This document shows positions 32,547 through 42,903 of a DNA stretch of 64,000 bases, in pieces. The number at the start of each line of letters is the position of its first letter. The stretch's first letter is position 1. The translations under genes and the position numbers were made by a program. This DNA comes from Williopsis jadinii (lineage: Eukaryota), in NCBI GenBank assembly GCA_024346625.1, contig AP024664.1, forward strand, positions 2,976,001 to 3,040,000, given 5' to 3'. The notes below the pieces were generated by a model that was given only the letters and a program-made list of their open reading frames with translations, searched no databases and was not told the DNA's origin.

Positions 32547-33149
32547 ATGGCGCTCTATTACAATCTGGTATTTGTTCTCCTTGTGGTTGAAATGGCACTG
32601 TTCACGTTGCTGTCACTGCCGTTGCCATCGTCTATCCGCCGCCCTCTTATTAAGAGCATCTCCCGTCCATTCCAAAGCAGGGAAGTGACGATTGCCACTA
32701 GGTGCATCCTGGTGTTTGTTCTTATTCTCTTCATCGATTCCGTGAACCGCGTCACGTCAATCAATGAGGAACTCCTCGCCTTTGCTGATTCTGAGACAGG
32801 TGCGAAGTTACAATCAACGTTTGTAACAGACCGCTCAGAGATCCAGGCTAGAAGATTCTATGCGCAGAGAAACTTGTATTTGACTGGGTTCACTTTGTTT
32901 TTGACGCTTATCGTTTCAAGAACCTACGGTTTGGTTGCTGAATTGCTCCAGTTGAAAGAGGACGTTAGATCTAAGCCTGACGCCGTCAGCTCCAATGAAA
33001 AGGTCAAGGCATTGGAAAAGGAGCTCCAAGCGAAAGAGGAGAAGATTGAAATCTTGAAAGTACAAGCCGAAAGTTTGCGCAAGGAGTACGATTCCGTTTC
33101 GGATCAATTGGTCTCTGAGAAATCTGCTACTGAGAAGAAGAATGACTGA
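32547..33149 (+). CDS. YET3: BAP31-family ER protein
   Basis: MALYYNLVF.., three TM helices, RRFYAQRNLYLTGFTLFL, coiled coil, C-terminal KKND ER-retrieval signal. Confidence 0.9.
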   Translation: MALYYNLVFVLLVVEMALFTLLSLPLPSSIRRPLIKSISRPFQSREVTIATRCILVFVLILFIDSVNRVTSINEELLAFADSETGAKLQSTFVTDRSEIQARRFYAQRNLYLTGFTLFLTLIVSRTYGLVAELLQLKEDVRSKPDAVSSNEKVKALEKELQAKEEKIEILKVQAESLRKEYDSVSDQLVSEKSATEKKND

Positions 33150-33217
33150 ATAGTGAGGTGAAGGAAGAAAAATGAACATAACTTCAATATGCTAATTAAC
33201 AGAAACATCACTGTATA

Positions 33218-35116
33218 TTAATTTCTGTTATTTTCGTAGGAAGAACTCTTGTGCTTTGGTGTGAATTTGAATCCGTCGTCTGCTGGTCCCAAGAACATTT
33301 CAGAAATCTTGATCCAATCTTTGTAATCATTACTACCCAGTAAAGTCTCGAGCTCGTTTCTTCCCTTCCAGTTTTGAGGTCTCTCGTTCAGTTTGATAGG
33401 GTATCTCTCCAAGATTCCGTATGGGATATATCTGTGGAAGAAACTCATAAACTCACAGAGATATCTTCTTGAAAGGTTTACTCCGTATTCATCTGAGCCC
33501 CAGTGCTCAAGGGCAAAGTTGGCATAAGTCTTAATCATCTCTAGTCTCTCAGTAGCTGACTTATCCTGATATTGTTTAGAGTCAACTTCCTCGAAGATCC
33601 ATGGCTTGATCAATGCACCTCTGGCAACCATAACACTATCGATGTACTCGTTATCGGTTGCTCTGTACCAATCATCCCAGTTGTAGCAATCACCGTTTCC
33701 AACGAAATTGATTCTTTGGAAATCACGTCTGTCCTTATCATCAGCAACTTCGTGCTCGGCATCACGAAGTGCCTTACCAACTTCTGCAACGTAGTCCCAG
33801 TTAGCTTCCTTAGTGTATCTCTGTTGCCTAGATCTACCATGCAAGGTGATGGCAGCAGTTTGAGTCTCATTAACAACTCTCTTCACCAAGTTATGGGCAA
33901 TTGGATGTTCATCTCTTGTACCCATACGGATTTTCAGCGTTGTTGGGATATCGCCAGAGCAGTAGTTCATGGATTGCAAAATTCTAATCAATCTGGCAGG
34001 TTGGTCTAAAAGACCAGAACCAGCACCTTGTCTGTATAACAGATCAATTGGACAACCAGAGTTCAAATTGAGCTCTGAAACGTTTGGACAGTATCTAGCG
34101 ATGGCCTCAGCAGCCTTGGCACCTTGCCAGTGCTTTGCTGCTGCAATCTGGACACCAAATCCAGGGTACTCAGTACAGTGAGCCTTTGGAAGAGCCCATT
34201 CTGAGTTGGTACCTTGAATCAAAGGTAATGATAAAGCCATCTCGGAGTACGTGACATCTGCACCTAATGTGCGCATCAAACGACGGTATGGTAGATTACC
34301 AACTGTGGTTAAAGGTGAAACTATTTTCTTGTTCACCAAGTCCAACTTCTTCTTTTCTGAAGCGTAGAACTTTGTCTCTAAGTAATTGTTCATTGCCTCC
34401 TTCGTATCATCCTGTGCAGTTGAGTCCTCGTCATCATCTCTGTTTTTCTTTCTTGCAGCATCTTTCTTCTTGTTATCATCCTGAATATTGTTCATAATTT
34501 TACAAACCTCATCAGCATATTTGAATTCGAATTTCTTCTTCATCAACGCAAACTTCTGATCAGATGTGACACCATTGAGCTCATAATTGGTCTTCTCTGC
34601 CTCTTGCATCTTGACGTGGTCCTTTATCAAGTTCATATCAGAATCCATATGCGAGTGTAAGAAACGACACTTGAATCCTGCTGGACAGTATCCCAACGCA
34701 TTGAATACAGGGCATACACCTTCAATCTCTGGTTTCTTGTGTGCAAGGTACTCTTTCACATCATGAACAAAGCGGCACTTCTCTGCACCGTATTTACACG
34801 TTCTATTGGCGTCAGGATCAATCAATGATGAACATAGCTTGTTTTCTTCTTCCTGTTGTTTCAGCTCACGGTTCTTGTTCTGACCTCTGGTTCTTTTACC
34901 CTTTTTACCATTAGAAGATGAGATCTCCTCGGTTCTATCTCCGTTCTGTTCAGCTGAATCATCATCAATCACTTCGACGGATTTGGCATCGACAATGAAT
35001 TCCTTCTTGACATAGGCAATACCCTTCTTAGGTGTTTCAACCTCTACCGTTTTCGATTTCTTGGCATCTGGCCCATCAACAGGAGAGGCAGATCTCTTTA
35101 ATGTGTCTTCAGTCAT
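33218..35116 (-). CDS. DUS3: tRNA dihydrouridine(47) synthase
   Basis: Two CCCH fingers, SPLTTVGNLPYRRL, NSGCPID, HGRSRQQRY; first ATG at 35116. Confidence 0.96.
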   Translation of the reverse strand: MTEDTLKRSASPVDGPDAKKSKTVEVETPKKGIAYVKKEFIVDAKSVEVIDDDSAEQNGDRTEEISSSNGKKGKRTRGQNKNRELKQQEEENKLCSSLIDPDANRTCKYGAEKCRFVHDVKEYLAHKKPEIEGVCPVFNALGYCPAGFKCRFLHSHMDSDMNLIKDHVKMQEAEKTNYELNGVTSDQKFALMKKKFEFKYADEVCKIMNNIQDDNKKKDAARKKNRDDDEDSTAQDDTKEAMNNYLETKFYASEKKKLDLVNKKIVSPLTTVGNLPYRRLMRTLGADVTYSEMALSLPLIQGTNSEWALPKAHCTEYPGFGVQIAAAKHWQGAKAAEAIARYCPNVSELNLNSGCPIDLLYRQGAGSGLLDQPARLIRILQSMNYCSGDIPTTLKIRMGTRDEHPIAHNLVKRVVNETQTAAITLHGRSRQQRYTKEANWDYVAEVGKALRDAEHEVADDKDRRDFQRINFVGNGDCYNWDDWYRATDNEYIDSVMVARGALIKPWIFEEVDSKQYQDKSATERLEMIKTYANFALEHWGSDEYGVNLSRRYLCEFMSFFHRYIPYGILERYPIKLNERPQNWKGRNELETLLGSNDYKDWIKISEMFLGPADDGFKFTPKHKSSSYENNRN

Positions 35117-35181
35117 CCAATAAACTCCCAAAGAACAATTCTCTATGTTCTTTTATCCAATGGGGATTATCCACCTTGAAA

Positions 35182-35361
35182 CTCATCGCTCTGGCACAGA
35201 AAATTTTCGGAACCACTATTAGTGCTCCTACCGCGTCCCGACGGCATCATTGGTGTATGGATGTACTGGATTTTCGGAGTTGTCTTATCAGGTCGCTTGG
35301 GAATTCCGGATTAGGAAAGTAAATCCCAGCTAGCGATCAAGAAAAATTTCGAGTCGATGAG
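35182..35361. promoter_or_regulatory. Bidirectional DUS3/DUS4 promoter with two PAC+RRPE pairs
   Basis: CTCATCGC 35182-35189 with GAAAATTTTC 35199-35208; GAAAAATTTC 35341-35350 with CGATGAG 35355-35361. Confidence 0.7.
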
Positions 35362-35505
35362 TTAATCCAACGGGTGCTTCTGTCCAACGAGTGTTCAAGA
35401 TTCCTTATCTGGATAGCCAATTATATCGTGATTTTTTGACACATTTGTCAAATAAAAGGAAACCAGTCCCCTGATATTTCTTAATCTTGATCCATTTGAC
35501 GTTAT

Positions 35506-36558
35506 ATGATCCTGCGATCGAAGCCGAATATCAAAATGACCCAACTAACACCAAGAGACCCGGAGAACAACCCACTGAGAATATTCCAGAGATGCAAAGC
35601 TGAAGGAAGACCAGCACATATTGCTGGTCCAATGGTTCGTTACTCAAAACTGCCATTCAGAGCCCTTGTGCGTCATTACAACTGTGATATAGTCTACTCT
35701 CCGATGATCCTGGCTCGTGAATTCGTACGGAACGGTATAGCCAGACTTAGTGATTTCACCACCAACAACTTTGACGCTCCCCTCATTGTTCAGGTTGGTA
35801 CAAACAATGTTACTGACCTTCTACGGTTCGTAGAGATGATACATCCATACGTTGATGCTATTGGCATCAACTGTGGTTGTCCCATCAAGGAACAAGTGAG
35901 AGAGGGTATTGGTGCTGCTCTAATGTCCGAGCCAGAACTCGTTGCCACTATGGTCAAGGCTGTCAAGGATAAATTTGGCTCCAAAGTGACCCTTGAGACA
36001 AAGATCAGAATCCATCCCGACATTGAAGAGACCATTGCATTTGTCAAGAAAGTTGAGGCTGCTGGTGCTGACTTTATAACTGTTCATGGACGTACCAAAT
36101 CTACTAGATCTTCGCAGCCTGCTAATTTCGACGCCATTAAGACGGTTAAACAAGCTGTCAGTATCCCCGTTGTGGCAAACGGTGACTGCTTTTCACTTGA
36201 GGACTGCAACAGAATCGCAAAGATAACTGGATGTGATGGTGTGATGGCTGTTCGTGGTATACTGGCCAACCCAGCTCTCTTTGCCGGTTACAGCAAGGCG
36301 CCATGGGGATGTGTTGAGAGATTTGTAGAGTACGCAACTGCATTTGGGCTACCATATAGGCTTACACAGCATCATCTGGCATGTATGCTGGAAGGCCAAA
36401 TCTCAAAAGCGCTATACAAAGAGTTGATGGAGTGTAAACATCTTGCACAGCTCATTGACTTCTTTGACGAGCATTTCATATTGAAGAGGCCTTGGGATGA
36501 GGGCTTTGGCCAAGTTATCGAGATCCAGTACAGAGTTTCAAGAGAGATTAGAATATGA
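35506..36558 (+). CDS. DUS4: tRNA dihydrouridine(20a/20b) synthase
   Basis: AGPMVRYSKLPFR, INCGCPIKEQVREGIGAALM, TVHGRT; true start may be ATG 35536. Confidence 0.95.
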   Translation: MILRSKPNIKMTQLTPRDPENNPLRIFQRCKAEGRPAHIAGPMVRYSKLPFRALVRHYNCDIVYSPMILAREFVRNGIARLSDFTTNNFDAPLIVQVGTNNVTDLLRFVEMIHPYVDAIGINCGCPIKEQVREGIGAALMSEPELVATMVKAVKDKFGSKVTLETKIRIHPDIEETIAFVKKVEAAGADFITVHGRTKSTRSSQPANFDAIKTVKQAVSIPVVANGDCFSLEDCNRIAKITGCDGVMAVRGILANPALFAGYSKAPWGCVERFVEYATAFGLPYRLTQHHLACMLEGQISKALYKELMECKHLAQLIDFFDEHFILKRPWDEGFGQVIEIQYRVSREIRI

Positions 36559-36629
36559 TCATCGGCCTCTAATAAATGTCAATGTTAAGATCTCCATTGT
36601 CTTCAATCATATGACCGCTATTCAGTAAA

Positions 36630-36637
36630 AGCCCTAA
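36630..36637 (+). promoter_or_regulatory. Tbf1-type site (AGCCCTAA) upstream of the snoRNA host
   Basis: Matches the aRCCCTaa motif known from yeast snoRNA promoters; RRPE-like GAAAAATTTCA follows near 36704. Confidence 0.65.
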
Positions 36638-36782
36638 CGGTAGGCCCAAATTTCGCGGCTAGAACTTTTTCCACGCCTACAGGAGCCTCCAAGATGCTGA
36701 AAAGAAAAATTTCAACACCAACCAGTTTTCTTTCCTCTTCTCATCATCGTCAAAAGGCATTGCGAAGAGGAATTATGAATGT

Positions 36783-37013
36783 GTAAGTATTAACTCGTGT
36801 CCATCAATTCATCGTACACACCAGTTGTCTTAAGGGATGAAAACTTTCTTTTTTATTTGAACCATATGAACAAAAGTCCAGGTAGATGTTATATCTTACC
36901 TTTTTGTGATGAACGGTTCGTTATGTCATAGTTACACTGATTATAACTGGTTGTACACGTTGTGTTGCGATAGATGGATTATTCACTTCAGGCCATGTCT
37001 AACATGTGTTTAG
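36783..37013 (+). other. Predicted spliceosomal intron enclosing the snoRNA
   Basis: GTAAGT 36783-36788, branch-like GTCTAAC 36997-37003, TAG 37011-37013. Confidence 0.7.
36821..36950 (+). ncRNA. SNR63: Box C/D snoRNA, snR63 orthologue (2'-O-methylation guide for 25S A2256)
   Basis: Terminal stem CCAGTTGT/ATAACTGG; C-like box GGGATGA 36834-36840; C' GTGATGA 36906-36912; guide GTCATAGTTAC 36925-36935 complementary to 25S GUAACUAUGAC; D box CTGA 36937-36940 whose +5 rule targets the second A; snR63 neighbours RPL31A in S. cerevisiae. Confidence 0.88.
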
Positions 37014-37327
37014 CTTTGTTTTAGATAGCTCTATAATGTATACGTTCTTCACTCCTCTGGGACTGCAACAAGTAGTGTTACTCTAGTCTTACTGTAGTGT
37101 TCATCCATTGTTTCTTTAGCCTTTGTTTGATCCTTCAAAAGAACATTAAAGTACAATAACACAGAGTAGAATTGGATTCCTACTAATCAAACATCAATGT
37201 CTGAGTAGTGGGAAAAAACCAATTACTCCGTGGAAGAGCACTGTCTACACTACAATCCACTGATTCAAAAAACCATTGCAAATTAAAAATATCGTAATGT
37301 TTAGTTTTGTCGTAATCAAAAAAGCAT

Positions 37328-37687
37328 TTAAGCCTCTTCTTCCTCCTCAACGACAACGGTGTTCAAACCCTTGACGGAAGCAACTTGGACTGGCTCGACG
37401 TAAGAGAACAACTTCTCAGTGGCATCCTCCTCCTCGTTTCTTCTTCTGGAGATTCTAACACGGAGCTTGAATGGAACACCCTTGATACCTCTCTTCCAGA
37501 TCTCTTGGTTCAACTTTGGGTCGAGTCTAACATCGGAGGTACCGAGTTGCTTGAAGGCAAACTTCTTGATCTCCTTGACAGCAGTTGGAGCTCTCTTCTT
37601 GAAAGAGACACCGTGGAGTCTCTTGTGCAAGTTGATGGTGTATTCACGGGTGACAACGTCCTTCAAGGCAGATCTGTTAGAAGACAT
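37328..37687 (-). CDS. RPL31: 60S ribosomal protein eL31
   Basis: LKDVVTREYTINLHKRLHGVSFKKRAP; strong codon bias; continuous ORF. Confidence 0.98.
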   Translation of the reverse strand: MSSNRSALKDVVTREYTINLHKRLHGVSFKKRAPTAVKEIKKFAFKQLGTSDVRLDPKLNQEIWKRGIKGVPFKLRVRISRRRNEEEDATEKLFSYVEPVQVASVKGLNTVVVEEEEEA

Positions 37688-38008
37688 CTTTGATGAGTAT
37701 ATGGGGTATCAGTTGTGTTAATGGATTTGAACTGAACAAGTTGAAGAGTTTAAGAAATTTTTCGGTGATACTACTGGAAAATTTCATGGTGTCCAGGTGT
37801 TCTTCATTGAAGGTGCATCGGTTTTCCAAAAAGCTGAAATATTTGTGGTGTGTACCATAAAGGTGTGACAACCAATGTTTATTGTAACCCTATTGTCAAG
37901 TCATGTGATCTTATTAGGGCAACAAAATATGTGTCATATGCTATGTGTGCAGGGCCGTTCACATCCTAATGCAAAGCTGTGATGGAAATCATCAATTATA
38001 ACCAAGTG

Positions 38009-39058
38009 TTATTCAAATGTATACAATTTACTAGTCTTTGAAGTCCATATAGTGAACAGCTTACTCATAATATTGCTGATATCACCCTTTGTTTGCGATT
38101 GAAACGAATCTTTCCCATCAACTTCTCTCAATTGCAGTTCAAACAGTGCACATAATGAACACACGATTCTCCCCGTGATCATTTGATCTTTTACCTTTTC
38201 TAGAAGATCGTCTAGCTTCTCTATCTTAAGCTCATTGTCTATTCCTGTGTCTGGATTGTTCAAATCAAGAACAGGATTTGTCGTCTTTATCACTGTTGAT
38301 AGTTCCTCGGAGAATTGCTCCAGGTGATCGAGGATTTGATTAAAGTATTCATCCGCAAGATCCCAGTCTCCCTTCATCAGACTAATAAGAGTGGCTAGTA
38401 ATTTCATTCTGGCATTATGCTCAATTCCCTCCACCATTGTTAGAAAGGTGGCGTATTCTCTCTTGGCTATTAGCGTAGCACCCACGCCGTAACTCAACGC
38501 TGTAATTTGTTTCTTCAAAAACTCTTTGTACTCAAGGTCAGTGGACTTTACGAATTCCTGTCGAACTTCCCACAGCAGAAGGTAACTGTCGTTTAGCACG
38601 GTGATTGAAGGTCCCACTGCTCGAAGTCTTATCAACAACAGCTTCAGGCTAAATGGCACTTGCTCCGGAAATAGCAAGTTCTTTGTAGTTTGATCTATAC
38701 TATGAGACTTCAGAAGAGAGTCAAATGCTGTCGATAGCCTCTTTGCCTCCTGTTGGGCTAACGAAAGCTCTTGCGCAAATAGTAAAGATGTGAGATGGAT
38801 CTCCCAAAGGACAAAGAGATCGTCCAGTCCTACTGTTTCAGACTCCAAGTCGTAACTTACAATACAATGTTTTGCTAGCTGTGATACTTTGATGAAGGAC
38901 GAATATGGAGTGGTCTCGTTGTTGATGGATTCCATGATCTGCGCCATTCTTGATACGATAGCCTCTTGTGATTCACCGGGAGCAGTTAGCGATGGTGCTG
39001 GTGGTTGTAAGAACAAGCTTTCCCTTGTTATCGAGATGAATTGTCGTGTGCTGAGCAT
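38009..39058 (-). CDS. TPR-like helical protein, TRAPPC12-like
   Basis: LFVLWEIHLTSLL..AQQEAKRL..VPFSLKLLLIRL..L.KGDWDLADEYF pattern recalls TRAPPC12/TTC15; start codon uncertain. Confidence 0.55.
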   Translation of the reverse strand: MLSTRQFISITRESLFLQPPAPSLTAPGESQEAIVSRMAQIMESINNETTPYSSFIKVSQLAKHCIVSYDLESETVGLDDLFVLWEIHLTSLLFAQELSLAQQEAKRLSTAFDSLLKSHSIDQTTKNLLFPEQVPFSLKLLLIRLRAVGPSITVLNDSYLLLWEVRQEFVKSTDLEYKEFLKKQITALSYGVGATLIAKREYATFLTMVEGIEHNARMKLLATLISLMKGDWDLADEYFNQILDHLEQFSEELSTVIKTTNPVLDLNNPDTGIDNELKIEKLDDLLEKVKDQMITGRIVCSLCALFELQLREVDGKDSFQSQTKGDISNIMSKLFTIWTSKTSKLYTFE

Positions 39059-39282
39059 TGCAAGATCCTTCAATTGTAACACTGGACGTGTATGATGTAC
39101 TGAACGTTCTCTATTCCACGTAGTCTCTCACTTGTTTACTTCATCCATGAGTTGTGTATGGGGCCCGAACTGCCTATTTTTCTCGGGGGTAATGAGGGAA
39201 ATCCCGGAAAACATCAACACAACAATTCCATCCACTCTAAGAGGAACAGGGTTCTGTATCCACAACACATTTAAAGAAATCG

Positions 39283-39568
39283 ATGTCAAACAACGATACT
39301 AATATTACGAGAAATCCTCGAGGCAATCTCTCATTTCTCATGGACGCCCCTGAGAAGTCCAATCCGTCGTCTGATGCGTCTGGAGTGGGACAAGGCACGG
39401 GTATTAGACTACCACCCATTTCATTCTTGAACAACATTACACAAATCTCTGGATCTCAGGTTAAGATTCCAAAGCTGTTGAACAATATTGACAGTCCTAT
39501 GTCACAACCAACGGTGACTCAAACCGAAGCCTTTACCCCTGGTCAGTCACAAGCTCAAATTCAACAGC

Positions 39569-39606
<38 letters not shown>

Positions 39607-40800
39607 GCGGCAGAATCTCTGCCTATCAGTACGAGCAAACTGACTCCACCTGTCCAATTCACTTTTGCGACTCAGAAAACCAGTCCTCGTGCTTTACCAT
39701 TGAAAGAGGAGATTACAAAGCCTGATATTGATAGCGAAAGTGATGAGGAAATCATCAAATACTACGAGAAGAAGTACGGTATTAATGACTTCACAGACGA
39801 GGAAAAACATGATATTTTACAGCACGAGAGAAGAGCACGTATTGAGAAGCATAAGAATCCAAATTACAAGACTTATCTTTGCTATAGCATCATCAAAAGA
39901 TTAAACGCTGTGAAGCCAACCAAACCAAGTGTTAAAGAAGAGGGCGCAAAGAAGAAGGAACCACCAAGCAAGAAGCAATCTGCACAATCCACTCCTGTTA
40001 TTTCTACTGTATCCACTGTCTCAAAGAAATCTGAGGCTCCGAGACCAACCGTTAAGAAAGACATCATCGTTGATAACACTGATGTTTTAACGTATGCTTC
40101 AAAGTTCCCTAGAATCCATCTTGGTTCCTTAATATATACGCCGTTCCCAAGAAGGGAATCATATAGACAACTGAACATCTTCAAGGATGTCAAGTTCTTG
40201 AACAATGACATTGTTCCACTCATTCCCGAGTTGAGGGAATACGTGAATAGCATCATCACCGTGCGTATCCCATCGTGGCTGATTGGTGACTTGAAGAACA
40301 ACAAGAACTACCAATACCGTGCGATTTGGGGTACGGATATTTATACCGATGATTCTGACATCCTGATGATCTTGAAGCACAATGGGTTCCTACCAGCCGT
40401 TGATGAGGAGCTGGAGCAAGAAGAGATCAAAATGAAGAAGCAAACACCGGGAAACTTGACGAACAAGAGCAACATTGTTCAAAGTGTCCCGAACTTCCGT
40501 CAGTTCGTGAACATCATTGGCGGTGACATCCACGTTGATCTCATCGTCCTACCACCGCTTGTCAAGTACACGGGTGTGTACCGCAACGGTGTTAACTCAC
40601 GCTCGTGGAAGGGCCACGACGGTATGAGCCTGGCCCTCTACGGCGTACGGTACGGTGAGAAGGGAAGCTCCGTTGACGATATGAACGACGTTGGAACCAA
40701 GAAGAGAAGACTGGATGAGATTGTGGAACAATCCCAGAACGTCAAGGGAGAGGCTTGGAAGATTGATAAGACAGCATGGAAAAGAGTGAAGGAACAGTAG
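39283..40800 (+). CDS. RXT3: Rpd3L histone deacetylase complex subunit
   Basis: HLGSLIY, IWGTDIYTDDSD, Y.GVYRNGVNSRSW..HDGMS; polyQ at 39562-39606; near RPL31 as YDL076C. Confidence 0.9.
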
Positions 40801-41664
40801 CGATGCTCTCCCTCTCATCCTACAAGTCAGCAATCTTCCTCCTAATCGACTATATAACATAATAAACTGTACTGTGTGTTCTTCTTTTCTTTCCACTTCT
40901 TCTTTTCCTCCACTGTCTCTCGCTCCTTCCAACTGTAAAAGCTCATCTCTGTAGAGAACTGTAAAATCAACACCTTCACCTTGAGCCTAGCGATGGTGTC
41001 ACATTTGTGCCTGCCCCCTTCTCCCCCGCCCGGAACCCTGGAAGGAAAAACGCTGCATTGGAAAAATAAAGCGGAAAACACCAAACCTCCCGGGCGGCCT
41101 AGGAAGGTTGTGACTTTGCGTCTCTTCCTTCCATGGGAACTTCTTTTAGGATTTTCCGCAGCTTACTGGGACCATCAGTAAACTCCGCTGGGCTGGGGGA
41201 CAAACTCTTGGTGGAAACTTTGGAGTAATTAGGCAGGCCCTGTGGCAGTTTACCGGGACTGCGCAAGTAGGCGAAAGTTATTTGGGACGGGGACATTAGG
41301 CAGGAAGACAGAGAAATTGCTGACGGGTATATTGATGGGAGATTTTATGAATTTCGATCTTTTCAGCCATAAGTGAACGACCATTAGGGTATTCGAGGAG
41401 CTCCTGGGACATCCACATAGACAAGGTAGTGTCGGAGGAAAGAACAGTACTCGTTGCAGTCATCTTAGTTGTTGTTTGTATATTTCTTCTCTTTGTTTCT
41501 GCGTGACTGAGAGAGAAAGAGTGACAGACAGACAGACAGGCACATAGGACGAGAGAAAGCTTCTTCATCCATCTCACTCTATAAGCCTTGCCATACTTCT
41601 CTCTTCGAGTTCTTGACTTTTGATGCATCACAGCTCATAGTTGCTCATCACAGCGATAGGTTAA

Positions 41665-42372
41665 ATGTCGAAGGCTTCCCTCAGCAGACCAGCTACAAAG
41701 CAAAGCGTGAGGTCACAGAAGTCACAAGGTGTATCGAAGGAACAAGCGGAGCAAGCTCTACAACAACAGCAGGCGCAGTCGAAAAGTGGGTTTGTGAAGG
41801 CTGTAAAGACCCTCTTCTTGAGAGCATCGCTGAGTCTAAGTCTTGTTAGCCATAAGCTGAGGCAATTTGCAGAAGACGCCCTCAGTAGCGACGAAGTTGT
41901 TAATGAACTGTTCATCGTCACTTCAAGCAGTTCCCTGGATCCATCGGTATTGGAACAAAATTCCCCACAGAGTATAGCAGACGACACTACAAGTAACACT
42001 ATGACTACAACAGCAATGGAAAGAGAAGACTCTGAGACGAACCTCGTCTTATGGTCAGAATTCGACGCTGTGAAGGAAGCCGATGCGCTCCGTCAAGGCG
42101 AGACCCCCTTCACGAAGGGCCCTGAAGTCTGGCAGAAGAGAAGAGCAGCCTGGACCAACGGTACCAGGGAACAGAAACTACAGGCAAAGCAACGCTGTCT
42201 TGATAACTCGTTAAAACTCTCAAAGGAAAACTACCCGGTGGTTTATAGTGCCTTGGTGGAACGCAATAAAACGTTGAAGAAACCAATGAACTTGAAAGAT
42301 GCTTTGAAAGTGATAAACTCAGGCTGGATTGCAAATAAGAAGTGGGAAAAGGCTGCACTTGGCCTCGGATAA
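41665..42372 (+). CDS. GAG1: YLR407W/Gag1-like protein (DUF4050-like)
   Basis: GPEVWQKRRAAWT..YSALVERNKTLKKPMNLKDALKVINSGW; position matches YLR407W. Confidence 0.75.
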   Translation: MSKASLSRPATKQSVRSQKSQGVSKEQAEQALQQQQAQSKSGFVKAVKTLFLRASLSLSLVSHKLRQFAEDALSSDEVVNELFIVTSSSSLDPSVLEQNSPQSIADDTTSNTMTTTAMEREDSETNLVLWSEFDAVKEADALRQGETPFTKGPEVWQKRRAAWTNGTREQKLQAKQRCLDNSLKLSKENYPVVYSALVERNKTLKKPMNLKDALKVINSGWIANKKWEKAALGLG

Positions 42373-42476
42373 AGTCATAGTCAGAACTACGGCACCATCT
42401 CCTGTCAACGCCATTATTTATAACGGCTCTTCATTCCTAATATTCTTCATCATACAGATCACTCTAATCCTAATAC

Positions 42477-42767
42477 TCATAGCTGCTTATTCTCATGTAT
42501 GATTCGCTGTGTAGTCTCTAGAACTCTCAACTCTTGGTCTATCATCTCTGCAGCGTGTTGTATATCCACGGTTCCTTTCTTACCCCGAACTGCACTCAGC
42601 ATCTTTGAGTACTGTGATGTCAACGCTTCAACGTTTGCCTGCGCTTTCACAAGTGACTTCCTTTGAGATGCAATCACAATGTCAGCACGCCGTATCTGTT
42701 GAAGTTGGTGTGTGGCCTTGTTAGGATAGTTCAGCAGCTGCTGTAACGTTTCATGTGTTGATTCCAT
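42477..42767 (-). CDS. BLS1: BLOC-1 subunit 1-like
   Basis: Small coiled coil with AEMIDQELRVLETT; position and orientation match YLR408C. Confidence 0.7.
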   Translation of the reverse strand: MESTHETLQQLLNYPNKATHQLQQIRRADIVIASQRKSLVKAQANVEALTSQYSKMLSAVRGKKGTVDIQHAAEMIDQELRVLETTQRIIHENKQL

Positions 42768-42903
42768 GGTTGTCTGTCCGCCTGTGTGCCTTGTTGTGGT
42801 GTTTGTGTGTGGTGAGGGAAATCAATTTTCAATTTCCTCATCTTATCGTAACTCCATGGGCAATTACGGTATAAATAGCTAAGAACAACAGCTCTTCGTC
42901 TAC

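Noticed and set aside
31117..32590. ORFs or telomerase RNA in the SFP1-YET3 gap
   Set aside because: No protein motifs and no identifiable template or Sm site; adequately explained as a long divergent promoter
37674..37682. TTCTAACAG at the start of RPL31 as an intron 3' end
   Set aside because: No donor upstream; the ATG frame is already complete
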